Shown: one piece after another, positions 32,753 to 41,110 of the stretch
Layout: every line of letters begins with the position of its first letter
How positions within the stretch are numbered: the stretch's first letter is position 1
Source: Escherichia phage smaasur
Reading direction: 5' to 3' (one strand)
Length of the DNA: 41,110 nt
Sequence record: MN850625.1
The notes under the pieces: model-generated
Databases searched by the model: none
Told to the model about the DNA's origin: nothing
Seen by the model: only the letters and a program-made list of their open reading frames with translations
Translations under genes and position numbers: made by a program

Positions 32753-35137
32753 TTAGATGAATGCGACCGGGTACGTGGCGGCGAGCTGAGTACCTGCCGG
32801 AATCGCAGTTACGATTGCCGGACTGATATCAATCCGCACCGGGTTCCCGATGTTGTTGTCTACCTGATACGGCGCTCGCGTCACAGTGACCGTAAGCGTA
32901 CCGCCACTTGGCCCAGCGCCCGGAATGTTCAGGCGAGTACCAGCAGAGATAGGCTTATGATACAGCCACGAGGTCGAGGCTTGAGTACCTTTCGGGGTCA
33001 GGTTCTGCTCCAGATACGTCTGGCCAGCGGCAGCAGCACGCACCTTGAAGTTGTTGCCGTCATTCGGGATGTAGGCACCGAACCGGGTCACAATGAAGTT
33101 ACCACCCGTGCCGTCCGTCTTGAACAGTACCGTACCTTCGCAGAACTCTTTACCAGTAGGGAACTCCCCACCAGTCAGGGTTGCGAGGTCGTTCGGCAGT
33201 GTGTACATGCGGTTGACCGGAGACAGGATAACGCCGACGTTGCCTTGGATGTTAGTGTACGGAATAGCACGTACGTTGGAGTTCAGCGTACTGATATCCG
33301 AGTAGCGAGCTTTACTGTACAGGGCACCCTCGGTGTTGCCGGGGCCGTAGAAGTTCACGTTCACCATGTTCAGGCAGGTCTTGCGTCGCGGGTACACGCC
33401 GTTGGAGGACGTACCGCCGCTGGAGTCATCGCCTACACAGTCGAAGTCAACACCCGTCACGTTGGTCATGTTCAGGAGTGTGGCCACACCAAAGAGGCTC
33501 AGACGGTAGCAGTGGATGTTCTCAAGGTGGTACACGTTGGTGTTCACATCATCGGAGCCAACACCAGCGTAGACACGCCCGGTCTTGGTGTAGATGTTGC
33601 GCAGCGTCATGTTGAACGATGGGTTGGATGCACCCGGCACGCCACCAGCACCAGCTTGGTTAGAACCCCACTCGCACATGACAAGACGTACCGCAGCCGG
33701 GTCAGTACCAGTGCTGCCAACGATAGGCTCACCGTACACGCCGTCAATGACAATATCCTTGCAGCCGTAGGTGATAACGCCAGCAGCCGTCAGACCTGTG
33801 CCGTTGGAAACAGTCAGGTCAGGGTTGGCATGTACGTCGTACACCGTGCAGTTCTTGGACACCTCGAAGTGGATAACCTGACGCACCCCACGCGGAGCAT
33901 GGACACCACGGACTGTGATGTTCTTCGCGTATTGGGTTTCAGCAGCATCCCAGCCAAACGGCCCTTGACCAGCCAGACCAATCCCGATACCCCAGTTGGA
34001 TACGAAGGATGGGTTGGAGGTTGGGTTGATACCGTTGATATTTTCGAGGTAGATGTTCTCAATCGACAGGCCACCATCATAGTGCTTGTTGATTACGTTC
34101 ATCTCAATGCCGTCGCCAGCCATATCCATCAGGGCGATGTTGCGAATCACACCGTTGTCAATGGTCTCGCCAGTACCCTGCTGGAGAATGCCGAAGTAAC
34201 CATTACGGTGTACTCCGTTCTCGATGACATAGCTGCCCCCGGCGATGTTACCTTGGAACAGGATGCTGGCAACTTTCGATGCCGAAGGGTGGTCAGTGAA
34301 CTCGTAGTCAGCAATGCGCACATTGCCGCCCCAGTAGCAGACACGAACCTTTGATGCAGAGAAGTTGCGGAACGTAGCATTCAGCAGACGGATATCCGCT
34401 GTACCGTTCCACGTACCGCCGACAACCTCAATGCCGTCCATAGTGATGGTGGAGTTCACAGTGCCTTCCCAACCGCGAGCGTCCACAACCTTGTTGTTGG
34501 CTTTGGCGTAGTCGAAGCAGGCTTGGCACGCAGCGGCAATAGAGGCGTAGCCAGTGTTGTTGGTGAACTCAGACAGGCAGACGGTATCCTGACGGTCGAG
34601 GAACGTGCCACCGCCGAGAGTACCAATCCACTTACCGCCGTCATTCATCGCCAGCGCGATGGCCAGCGCAGAGTCAGGAATATCGACCAGCGGCACCATG
34701 AAGGGTTGGCCATTGCTGTCGAAGCCCAGCGCCTTGTTACGGCGGCCTGCGACGTTAGGCAGTGCGTTGATTGACACCTCAGAGTTTGGTACGCGCAGGG
34801 CGCGGTCAAGCGGAGCCAGCCATGCTTCCTGCGTCTCTTCTGCCTTGAAGAGAATCTGCTCAAAGTTCTCGTCGAGGTTGCTGCCAGTGAATGCAGCGTC
34901 CTGACCGAACTTGTTCAGCAGCACTTCTGAGGTGTACCGTTGGAGTCGGACAATCACCCCGGCGAGCGGGGCGGTGTCAAATACGATTTGCTTGGTCACG
35001 GAGTTGTAGGTGTACCCGCTCGTCTGGAGTTCGGAGTTAAGGTACACCTGAATCTGCGTGAACACTCGTTGTTCAAAGGTGACAAGGAACGCGGTCTGCG
35101 TTCCGTTTGCCACGTATGCGTTGTAGCTATTGGCCAT
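32753..35137 (-). CDS. tailspike: T7 gp17-like N-terminal anchor fused to a right-handed beta-helix (pectate-lyase-like) depolymerase domain
   Basis: 794 aa. N-terminal ~120 aa follow the T7 tail-fibre anchor pattern. Central region is rich in Gly/Asn/Val/Thr repeats typical of parallel beta-helix polysaccharide depolymerases. Follows the internal virion proteins. Confidence 0.7.
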   Translation of the reverse strand: MANSYNAYVANGTQTAFLVTFEQRVFTQIQVYLNSELQTSGYTYNSVTKQIVFDTAPLAGVIVRLQRYTSEVLLNKFGQDAAFTGSNLDENFEQILFKAEETQEAWLAPLDRALRVPNSEVSINALPNVAGRRNKALGFDSNGQPFMVPLVDIPDSALAIALAMNDGGKWIGTLGGGTFLDRQDTVCLSEFTNNTGYASIAAACQACFDYAKANNKVVDARGWEGTVNSTITMDGIEVVGGTWNGTADIRLLNATFRNFSASKVRVCYWGGNVRIADYEFTDHPSASKVASILFQGNIAGGSYVIENGVHRNGYFGILQQGTGETIDNGVIRNIALMDMAGDGIEMNVINKHYDGGLSIENIYLENINGINPTSNPSFVSNWGIGIGLAGQGPFGWDAAETQYAKNITVRGVHAPRGVRQVIHFEVSKNCTVYDVHANPDLTVSNGTGLTAAGVITYGCKDIVIDGVYGEPIVGSTGTDPAAVRLVMCEWGSNQAGAGGVPGASNPSFNMTLRNIYTKTGRVYAGVGSDDVNTNVYHLENIHCYRLSLFGVATLLNMTNVTGVDFDCVGDDSSGGTSSNGVYPRRKTCLNMVNVNFYGPGNTEGALYSKARYSDISTLNSNVRAIPYTNIQGNVGVILSPVNRMYTLPNDLATLTGGEFPTGKEFCEGTVLFKTDGTGGNFIVTRFGAYIPNDGNNFKVRAAAAGQTYLEQNLTPKGTQASTSWLYHKPISAGTRLNIPGAGPSGGTLTVTVTRAPYQVDNNIGNPVRIDISPAIVTAIPAGTQLAATYPVAFI

Positions 35138-38100
35138 TATTCGCCCTTAACTGCTTCGTTGAGTGCTCGGACACCCGGCACAATGGAAATGAGTGGGAGT
35201 GCTTGTATGATGTTACCAGCAGTCTTGCGAGCATCATGTACAGCTTGGTCTGTGTCTCCAGTCAGCAAGTCGCCAGCCGTCGCAGTAGCAGAGCCAGCAA
35301 TACCGTACATGCGGTCAAGGAACAGCAGACCCGGCGCACCAAAGCTGCGCTGCTGTCCAGTCAGGACACCAGTGAACTCGGAGGCGAAGCCAATGGCACC
35401 GAGATAGTTCAGTGCTTGGCCAGCCAGCGCACCAATAGGTCGCTTATCATCAAAGCCCTTGCCAGAGATAACATTGTTCGCAGCCGTAGCCATCATCGCC
35501 AGCGGATACTGGTAAGCCATAAGCGTAGCCATCCCACGGGCACCTTCACGGTTCCAAGTACCCACCAGCGTCTTGTTGTGCGTGGCCGCTACGAAGCGAC
35601 GGAACGTAAACAGGAACTTACCGAGGGTACTGAACTCAGCGAATGCAGGCAGCTCGCCCACACGGGCGCGTACGATAGCGTCATCCATAGCGTTCATCAT
35701 AACAATGCGGGAGCGGTTGAATACGCCCTCATCCCACGCATCCGGCTTAGTCCCGGACTTGGCCACTTCCTTGCGGATATCAGCCAGCAGCGCATCGTTA
35801 GCGCCATACGTCTTCATTGCAGCGATAGCCTTCGCATCACCCTCAGCAGCCTTACGCAGCGTCTGCATAACCAGTGCGGCGTTGGTGCGGGTCTGGTGGA
35901 AGTGGATGTATTTCTGCATGTTGATGAACATCGTGGCATCACGTACGTGCTCAAGACGCATAACCCACGGAGACTTATCCGCAGAGAACATATCTTCATA
36001 GTGCTGCAAGATAGGACGCATACGAATATCACTCGCCACAGCAGCCGTAAGAGCTTCCTCAGTGTCGAGAGCCAATTGGCGTCCCTCCGCAGTAGATGCT
36101 CGCATCTGCTTAAATAGTGCGCGTGCTTCTGGAATTGTACGCATCATGGCGCGAAATGTATTGACCGCCCCGAAACGCTGCATCATCGTACCGTATTCGA
36201 CCAACTGCCACAAACCAGAAGCAGCCAAACCAGTGGCCTGAGTCAGTGCAGAGAGTTGTCGCATGAACTGCGGCATCTCTTCACCTACTGGCGCACCCAA
36301 GTAATAGCTGATGATGTTGTCGTATTGGTCGAGAGCCTGACGACGTGCAGTACCGTCCGGGATAGATTTGGCCAGAGCCTCACGAGCTGCTGCGCGTTCG
36401 GCGTCAGTACCCAAACCAGCCTCATGCAGAGCCAGCCGCCCCGTAATGCGACGGTTATAGCTGTCCATCATGCTGGCGATGCTGTCATCGAACAGGTCAC
36501 GCACCTGCAAGTTAGGGCCGAGCTGGTGCATCATATCAATGTTGATACGCGCTTTAAGCATTGGCGCTCTACCAGAATCCTCTCCGGCTTCACGAAGGAG
36601 TGCTGACGCACGGGCCTTGGCAGCCTCGTCGAATCCCTTCGCGTTGTTGATAATTTCGAGCAGCTCATCGCGGCCCTCCTTGTTGATGATATGGCCGGAG
36701 TTGTCGATACCGTAACCTTTACGGCGAGCACGCTCTACCATCGCATGTGCAATGACGTTGGCAGTGGGGCGGTCAGAGCCGATACCACGCTGGACAGCGG
36801 TGGTCATCTGCTTCATGAATGCTTTCTTGCCAAGCAGTTGCTCAGCCTGCTCAACTTTGGTCACGTTCATCCGGCGCGGGTAGTAGTACGGGTTCTTCTC
36901 GACGAAGCCCGGCTCAACCATACCCTTACGCTCCAGCTCCCGGCCCACGGCGCGAGAGTATTCGCCCAGTCTATCAGCAGCTTGTACCACGTTAGCATTG
37001 GCCCCTTTGAAGTTAGGGTCAATCATACGCCTGTCCAGCTCAAGTCGAACTGCTTGCTCGAACTCCTGCTGAGCACGGCGATAACCAACCGGGTCAAGGA
37101 ATCGACGCACGTTAGTCCAGCCGTCAGTATTCAAGGCGTGACGTAGGGTGTCCTCATACTGATTCAGCAGCACGCCAAAGCGAGCCTGAGTCTCACGCTG
37201 AATAGACGCAGCGGAGGTCATGTTGGGATTCAACGGGTCATCCAGTAGGCGTCCTGCGAGAGCACTGGATTCGTCGGAGTGCTGGCTGAAAGTCTTGAAC
37301 AGAGACCACTCAAGGAATGGGCGTTTGGGGTTTGTCTGCTCACCACGGCGTGCAAGGTCAAGACCGCGCTGTGCGGTGGCTCGGATAGACTCAGGAACCT
37401 CATCCACCTCCATAGCGCCACGACGACCACCGAAGCCCAGCGACATAGCCAGCGGAGACATAGCATTCTCCGGGTCGAACTGCGGTGGGTTGTTCGGGTC
37501 AATGCCATTGCGACGTTGCATCTCCGCTGCAAATTCCTCCGGCGACATATCGGCCAGCGAGCTCTGTACCGGAGCCGGGCGATAGAATGCAGTGGTGGCC
37601 GCCCCGTGCAGGGCAGCCGCAAAGATGATTTCGTTCTGAGACACTGGGCGTGCTTCATTACCCACCGCTGTCATAGCAGCAGCAGTTGAAGCTGCACCGA
37701 CAGCGGCGGTTCCAAGGCGACCAAGTTTCAGGGCAGTGCCTGCTCCCATCGAGAGCAGGTCGGTGGCGAGGTACAGCGGGTCAGCGAATTGCAGAACCGC
37801 GTTCATCACCGGGGCAGTGTGAGCCAACTGAGTACGCTCGCGCATCTCTTGGAGCTGCTGCGTACGCCAGTTGAACTCATCCATAGATTTGGATTTAAAC
37901 AGGAAAGTTCTGTCGTCTTCACCAATCGGGAACTGAACCTGCTGCAACGCCTCGTTGGGCTTGAAGTCAGGGTCAGCCTGAAAGGTAGGCTTGTTGAAGG
38001 CGGCATCAAAGAGCTGAGTGGTGTCCCAGTTCTTCACAGAAGCGCTCAACGCCGTGGCAATTGGAGTGGCTTCCAGTTCCTGCATCTTTTCGAACTGCTC

Positions 38101-38238
38101 GACGGCACCCTGACGAGTGGCACCTTGCAGTGGAGTGCTGAGCGTCTCAGCTTTTACGGGAGCTGGAATCACCAGCGTAGGGGCGTTGGCCCCCTGCTTG
38201 GGAGCCATGAACTTGTCTAGCGATTCTTGTGTAATCAT
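35137..38238 (-). CDS. internal virion (ejection) protein C, T7 gp16-like by position
   Basis: 1033 aa, the largest protein, between the 898-aa internal virion protein and the tailspike. Ala/Gly-rich segments in the C-terminal third. Confidence 0.6.
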   Translation of the reverse strand: MITQESLDKFMAPKQGANAPTLVIPAPVKAETLSTPLQGATRQGAVEQFEKMQELEATPIATALSASVKNWDTTQLFDAAFNKPTFQADPDFKPNEALQQVQFPIGEDDRTFLFKSKSMDEFNWRTQQLQEMRERTQLAHTAPVMNAVLQFADPLYLATDLLSMGAGTALKLGRLGTAAVGAASTAAAMTAVGNEARPVSQNEIIFAAALHGAATTAFYRPAPVQSSLADMSPEEFAAEMQRRNGIDPNNPPQFDPENAMSPLAMSLGFGGRRGAMEVDEVPESIRATAQRGLDLARRGEQTNPKRPFLEWSLFKTFSQHSDESSALAGRLLDDPLNPNMTSAASIQRETQARFGVLLNQYEDTLRHALNTDGWTNVRRFLDPVGYRRAQQEFEQAVRLELDRRMIDPNFKGANANVVQAADRLGEYSRAVGRELERKGMVEPGFVEKNPYYYPRRMNVTKVEQAEQLLGKKAFMKQMTTAVQRGIGSDRPTANVIAHAMVERARRKGYGIDNSGHIINKEGRDELLEIINNAKGFDEAAKARASALLREAGEDSGRAPMLKARINIDMMHQLGPNLQVRDLFDDSIASMMDSYNRRITGRLALHEAGLGTDAERAAAREALAKSIPDGTARRQALDQYDNIISYYLGAPVGEEMPQFMRQLSALTQATGLAASGLWQLVEYGTMMQRFGAVNTFRAMMRTIPEARALFKQMRASTAEGRQLALDTEEALTAAVASDIRMRPILQHYEDMFSADKSPWVMRLEHVRDATMFINMQKYIHFHQTRTNAALVMQTLRKAAEGDAKAIAAMKTYGANDALLADIRKEVAKSGTKPDAWDEGVFNRSRIVMMNAMDDAIVRARVGELPAFAEFSTLGKFLFTFRRFVAATHNKTLVGTWNREGARGMATLMAYQYPLAMMATAANNVISGKGFDDKRPIGALAGQALNYLGAIGFASEFTGVLTGQQRSFGAPGLLFLDRMYGIAGSATATAGDLLTGDTDQAVHDARKTAGNIIQALPLISIVPGVRALNEAVKGE

Positions 38239-40931
38239 TCCTGCATACCTGCGAGTAGAGTTTGGATGTAATACTGCTTGCGTTCATCCTGAGACAGCTT
38301 GAACGCCGGGGTATTGGACAGTGCCTGCAACGCCTGCTCCCGGTCGCCGACGCGGATTGCATCAGCCAGCTTGCCATAAGCACCGCCAGAGCGATACCAA
38401 TCGGAGCCAGCCTGATAGCCCATCTGCATCATGAACTGGAACTGAGCGTCTTTGTCACGGCTCCAACCGAGCGCTGCTGCCTGACCGGGCATCTGCCGGG
38501 CAACCATGTTCGTGTGGTTCACGAACGTGTCGTGGATAGTGCGCGGAGACCACTCCGTGCCGCCCTTCATACCAGAAGCCTGACCTTCTGCAAAGTACGG
38601 GCTGCGGTTAGAGATGCCGACACCGTTGGTCTGGACACCAGTGCTGTCACGGTACGTCTGGTTACGGATACCCTCGAACTCAATCAGCTTGCCACGAGCC
38701 TGCAACATGTAGGACTCTTCCACACCTGCGGTATTGACACCGTTGACGCGGATACCGATGTTGCTGTTCTTATCGACAAAGAGTTTCCCGTCGCCGTAGA
38801 CTTCGTTGTTCGCGGTAGCCGCCGCCCGGTCATCTTCACGGATGCGCTCCTGAATAGCCTGCGGAGTAATCCGGTAGCTGTTCGGAGATACGTCACCTGT
38901 CTTGTTGAAGTATTGAACGTTGAGCGAACCATCGGGCATAAACGAGTACGACGTCTCGAAACCTTCTGGTGCCTTGCTCTGGTCAAGTGAGGCGATAGCA
39001 CGACCGATACGGTCAGGTGCCACGTCAGCAGGCAAGCCAAGCATAGACTGAACAGTTTGGTTTCTCGGAGCGATAAGCACACTGCCGGGGCTGAAAGTAG
39101 ACTCACCCACACGCAGCACGCGGTTTGCCAGCTTCGCAGACGCGAGCGCTTCCATACCGTCTTTCGTGATGTTCGGGTTCTTGAGGACAACAGCTTGCAA
39201 CTCTTCGCGGTACGCGGCAGACACCTCCGACATTTCCTGCGCAGCAGTAATGTCACCAGATGCGACGCGAGCTTGGAACAGGTTGCGCTGAGTGTCTGAG
39301 AACAGACCAGCCAGACCTTGCCAAGTGCGAGAGAAGAAGCCCTGTGCTTCAAGGGAGCCTACCACACTGTTAACGTCAGATTGACGCTGAGTGAGGATTT
39401 GGGATTTCTGAGCTGGGGTTAAGCCAGCGTAATCCTGCTGCTGCTTAATGTAACCCTGACCCGCTTGGTTGATGGTACGGCCAGCCTTAATCTGCTCGCG
39501 CATGTACACCATCTTCTCTTGGTTTTCCTCTGACAGACCAGACAGGAGCTTAGTCCATGCGGTCTTGTCACCCTGATTCTCGGCCACGGTTACGCGGTCA
39601 ATCAGCCCGGTCACTGTAGCGGCAGCGTCCGGGTTCATCTCGTCCACTGTGCCGAAGTTCGATAGGGCTGGCTCAATCAGTTTCGCAGCAGACTTGTACG
39701 CAGAAGGGAAGCCAGTCTGTGCGCCAACTTGCAGCAGGTCGAATGCCACGGAGCTTGCCGTCGCGCCCGGCTGCTTCATGCGAGCTTTGATGAATGCGTC
39801 AGCACCATCCTGCTCACTCGCACCCTGCTGGAGCATGTACGTCTGGTTCCCGGTGGCGTATGCCTGACCGAGCTGGTTGGCCTTCGCTTGCTTGGCGTAG
39901 TCCTTGTAATAGCCCTCAATAGCAGAGCTGTAACCAGACGCAGAGATGAGTTTGTTATCTGCGAGCTGCTGGAGGATACCAGTGTACGTCTTAGGGTCTA
40001 CGTCTCCGAAGACTGCCTGACGTGCATTGAGCTGGCCGTACTGCTCCAGCAACCCCATGTTGTCCTGAACCTCGGTGCGGTTCTTCGATTCACGAATCTG
40101 GCCTTGGAGTTTGGCCAAATCATCAGCAGGCAAGTCGTTGAACATCCCGGAGTTAACGGCGGTCTCCACCGGGGTGCGGAGGTCTTGCGACAGCATGTTG
40201 CTCATCATGGACACGACTTGAGTGCGCCGGGTTTCCAGCGGCAACTTCTCATCGGCCAGAATGGATTTGGCCCATGCCATCGTTGCAGCAGTAGCGTTAG
40301 CGTACGCGCCGCCGTCACCCGTTGCCTTGGCCTGAGCAGCCAGAGTAACGAGAGTGTTACCCTGTGCATTGTACATAGAAGCACGCTGCTCAATCAGGTA
40401 CTTGCCGTGCTGAGCAGCCTGCGTACGAATCAGCGTATTGCTGAACGTGAGCTGATTCTCCAGCAGCGCCTTACGACCATTCATGGTCATACCATCAGTG
40501 TTGTTGAAGATGCTCTGCGTCTTCTGGTCAACAACTTTCAGGAAGTCCTGCGGAGACATTTTCGCGTACTCGGTCATGTTGGCCGAGATATCAGAGGCAG
40601 CCTGAGCCATCTGCATACGCTTGTACTGGTCGTTATAACCAGCCTTGTGGAACTCGGCAGTCAGCCAGTTGGAGTCCAAATCCTCCACAGCTTGGCCGGA
40701 CGCTGCCGCGTTCGCACCTTTCAGATACTCTTCCTCAACCGCACGCTCAGTAACCTGACCAGCGATGTTGCTGGCCATGTTCATGATGCGCTGGATGGAC
40801 TCAGTAGGAAACGTGTCAATGCGAGTATCGCGGCCTGCGAGACTGAACGGAGTCTGAGCCTGCTGCACATTTGGTACGCCCTGCTGCGCAGCGTTAAGGT
40901 TAGCGCCACGCTGGTCACGCATAGTTGCCAT
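38235..40931 (-). CDS. internal virion protein B (T7 gp15-like by position)
   Basis: 898 aa with GGGAGC ribosome-binding site, upstream of the 1033-aa protein. As I recall, phiKMV gp36 is also 898 aa and has a C-terminal lysozyme domain; that is recollection, not verified here. Confidence 0.6.
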   Translation of the reverse strand: MATMRDQRGANLNAAQQGVPNVQQAQTPFSLAGRDTRIDTFPTESIQRIMNMASNIAGQVTERAVEEEYLKGANAAASGQAVEDLDSNWLTAEFHKAGYNDQYKRMQMAQAASDISANMTEYAKMSPQDFLKVVDQKTQSIFNNTDGMTMNGRKALLENQLTFSNTLIRTQAAQHGKYLIEQRASMYNAQGNTLVTLAAQAKATGDGGAYANATAATMAWAKSILADEKLPLETRRTQVVSMMSNMLSQDLRTPVETAVNSGMFNDLPADDLAKLQGQIRESKNRTEVQDNMGLLEQYGQLNARQAVFGDVDPKTYTGILQQLADNKLISASGYSSAIEGYYKDYAKQAKANQLGQAYATGNQTYMLQQGASEQDGADAFIKARMKQPGATASSVAFDLLQVGAQTGFPSAYKSAAKLIEPALSNFGTVDEMNPDAAATVTGLIDRVTVAENQGDKTAWTKLLSGLSEENQEKMVYMREQIKAGRTINQAGQGYIKQQQDYAGLTPAQKSQILTQRQSDVNSVVGSLEAQGFFSRTWQGLAGLFSDTQRNLFQARVASGDITAAQEMSEVSAAYREELQAVVLKNPNITKDGMEALASAKLANRVLRVGESTFSPGSVLIAPRNQTVQSMLGLPADVAPDRIGRAIASLDQSKAPEGFETSYSFMPDGSLNVQYFNKTGDVSPNSYRITPQAIQERIREDDRAAATANNEVYGDGKLFVDKNSNIGIRVNGVNTAGVEESYMLQARGKLIEFEGIRNQTYRDSTGVQTNGVGISNRSPYFAEGQASGMKGGTEWSPRTIHDTFVNHTNMVARQMPGQAAALGWSRDKDAQFQFMMQMGYQAGSDWYRSGGAYGKLADAIRVGDREQALQALSNTPAFKLSQDERKQYYIQTLLAGMQE

Positions 40932-40933
40932 GA

Positions 40934-41110
40934 TTAGCTCCCAAAGATGTTACCAGAGCCATAACCCAAGTAACGATTAGAATCATACTGCGCTGGCACA
41001 GGGTTAAATTCCCCGGCCTTCTGCATCCAATTGGTGGTGCTGTAACTGGCAGACGTTCCGAGATTGTCGAACGTCGATGCTGTAGCACCTGAGCCACCAG
41101 TCGTACCAGC
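40934..41110 (-). CDS. C-terminal end of an upstream virion protein gene (gene begins beyond window end)
   Basis: In-frame minus-strand reading with no stop from 41110 to the TAA at 40934-40936 (...NRYLGYGSGNIFGS*). Probably the small internal virion protein; may be the same gene whose 5' end is at 1-558 if the source contig is circularly permuted. Confidence 0.4.
   Translation of the reverse strand, partial: AGTTGGSGATASTFDNLGTSASYSTTNWMQKAGEFNPVPAQYDSNRYLGYGSGNIFGS

Noticed and set aside
32363-34354. Plus-strand ORF of 663 aa antisense to tailspike and terminase genes
   Set aside because: Antisense to two genes with clear homology-type motifs; composition-driven open frame.
39729-40937. 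Plus-strand ORF of 402 aa antisense to the 898-aa internal virion protein gene
   Set aside because: Antisense to a gene with a ribosome-binding site in the expected structural-module position; no independent support.
1-41110. Temperate phage or prophage interpretation
   Set aside because: No integrase, repressor/Cro pair, attachment-site-like tRNA or flanking bacterial genes; gene content and uniform strand are those of a strictly lytic T7-type phage.

Overview
This window is a nearly complete genome of a lytic T7-supergroup podovirus (Autographiviridae-like), with every supported gene on the minus strand. Gene order is phiKMV-like rather than T7-like: the single-subunit RNA polymerase sits at the end of the DNA-metabolism block, directly upstream of portal, scaffold, capsid and tail tubular A/B. 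Reading the minus strand from high to low coordinates: internal virion proteins, tailspike, terminase small and large subunits, lysis cassette, a non-coding terminus region (about 26.84-28.43 kb), then about 20 small early genes, primase/helicase, DNA polymerase, exonuclease, endonuclease VII-like, phosphoesterases and the RNA polymerase. The window is circularly permuted relative to the physical genome: partial internal-virion-protein genes run off both edges, and the likely genome ends and early promoters lie inside it. GC is roughly 55% by hand count on a sample, and Shine-Dalgarno sites and codon choice look enterobacterial; the host cannot be named from sequence alone. No tRNA, CRISPR array, integrase or transposase was seen. 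The most unusual signals are: a 15-18 nt element (minus-strand ATGAAAGTAACTGTT) present four times, once inverted at the terminus; a roughly 600 bp strongly T-depleted repetitive tract at the terminus; a conserved stop-codon-proximal hairpin family in the early region; a translationally coupled small-protein/GNAT acetyltransferase pair between RNA polymerase and portal; and a nucleotidyltransferase/HAD phosphatase/metallophosphoesterase set inside the replication module. All functional calls rest on motifs read by eye and on recalled T7/T4 protein sequences; no database search was run.
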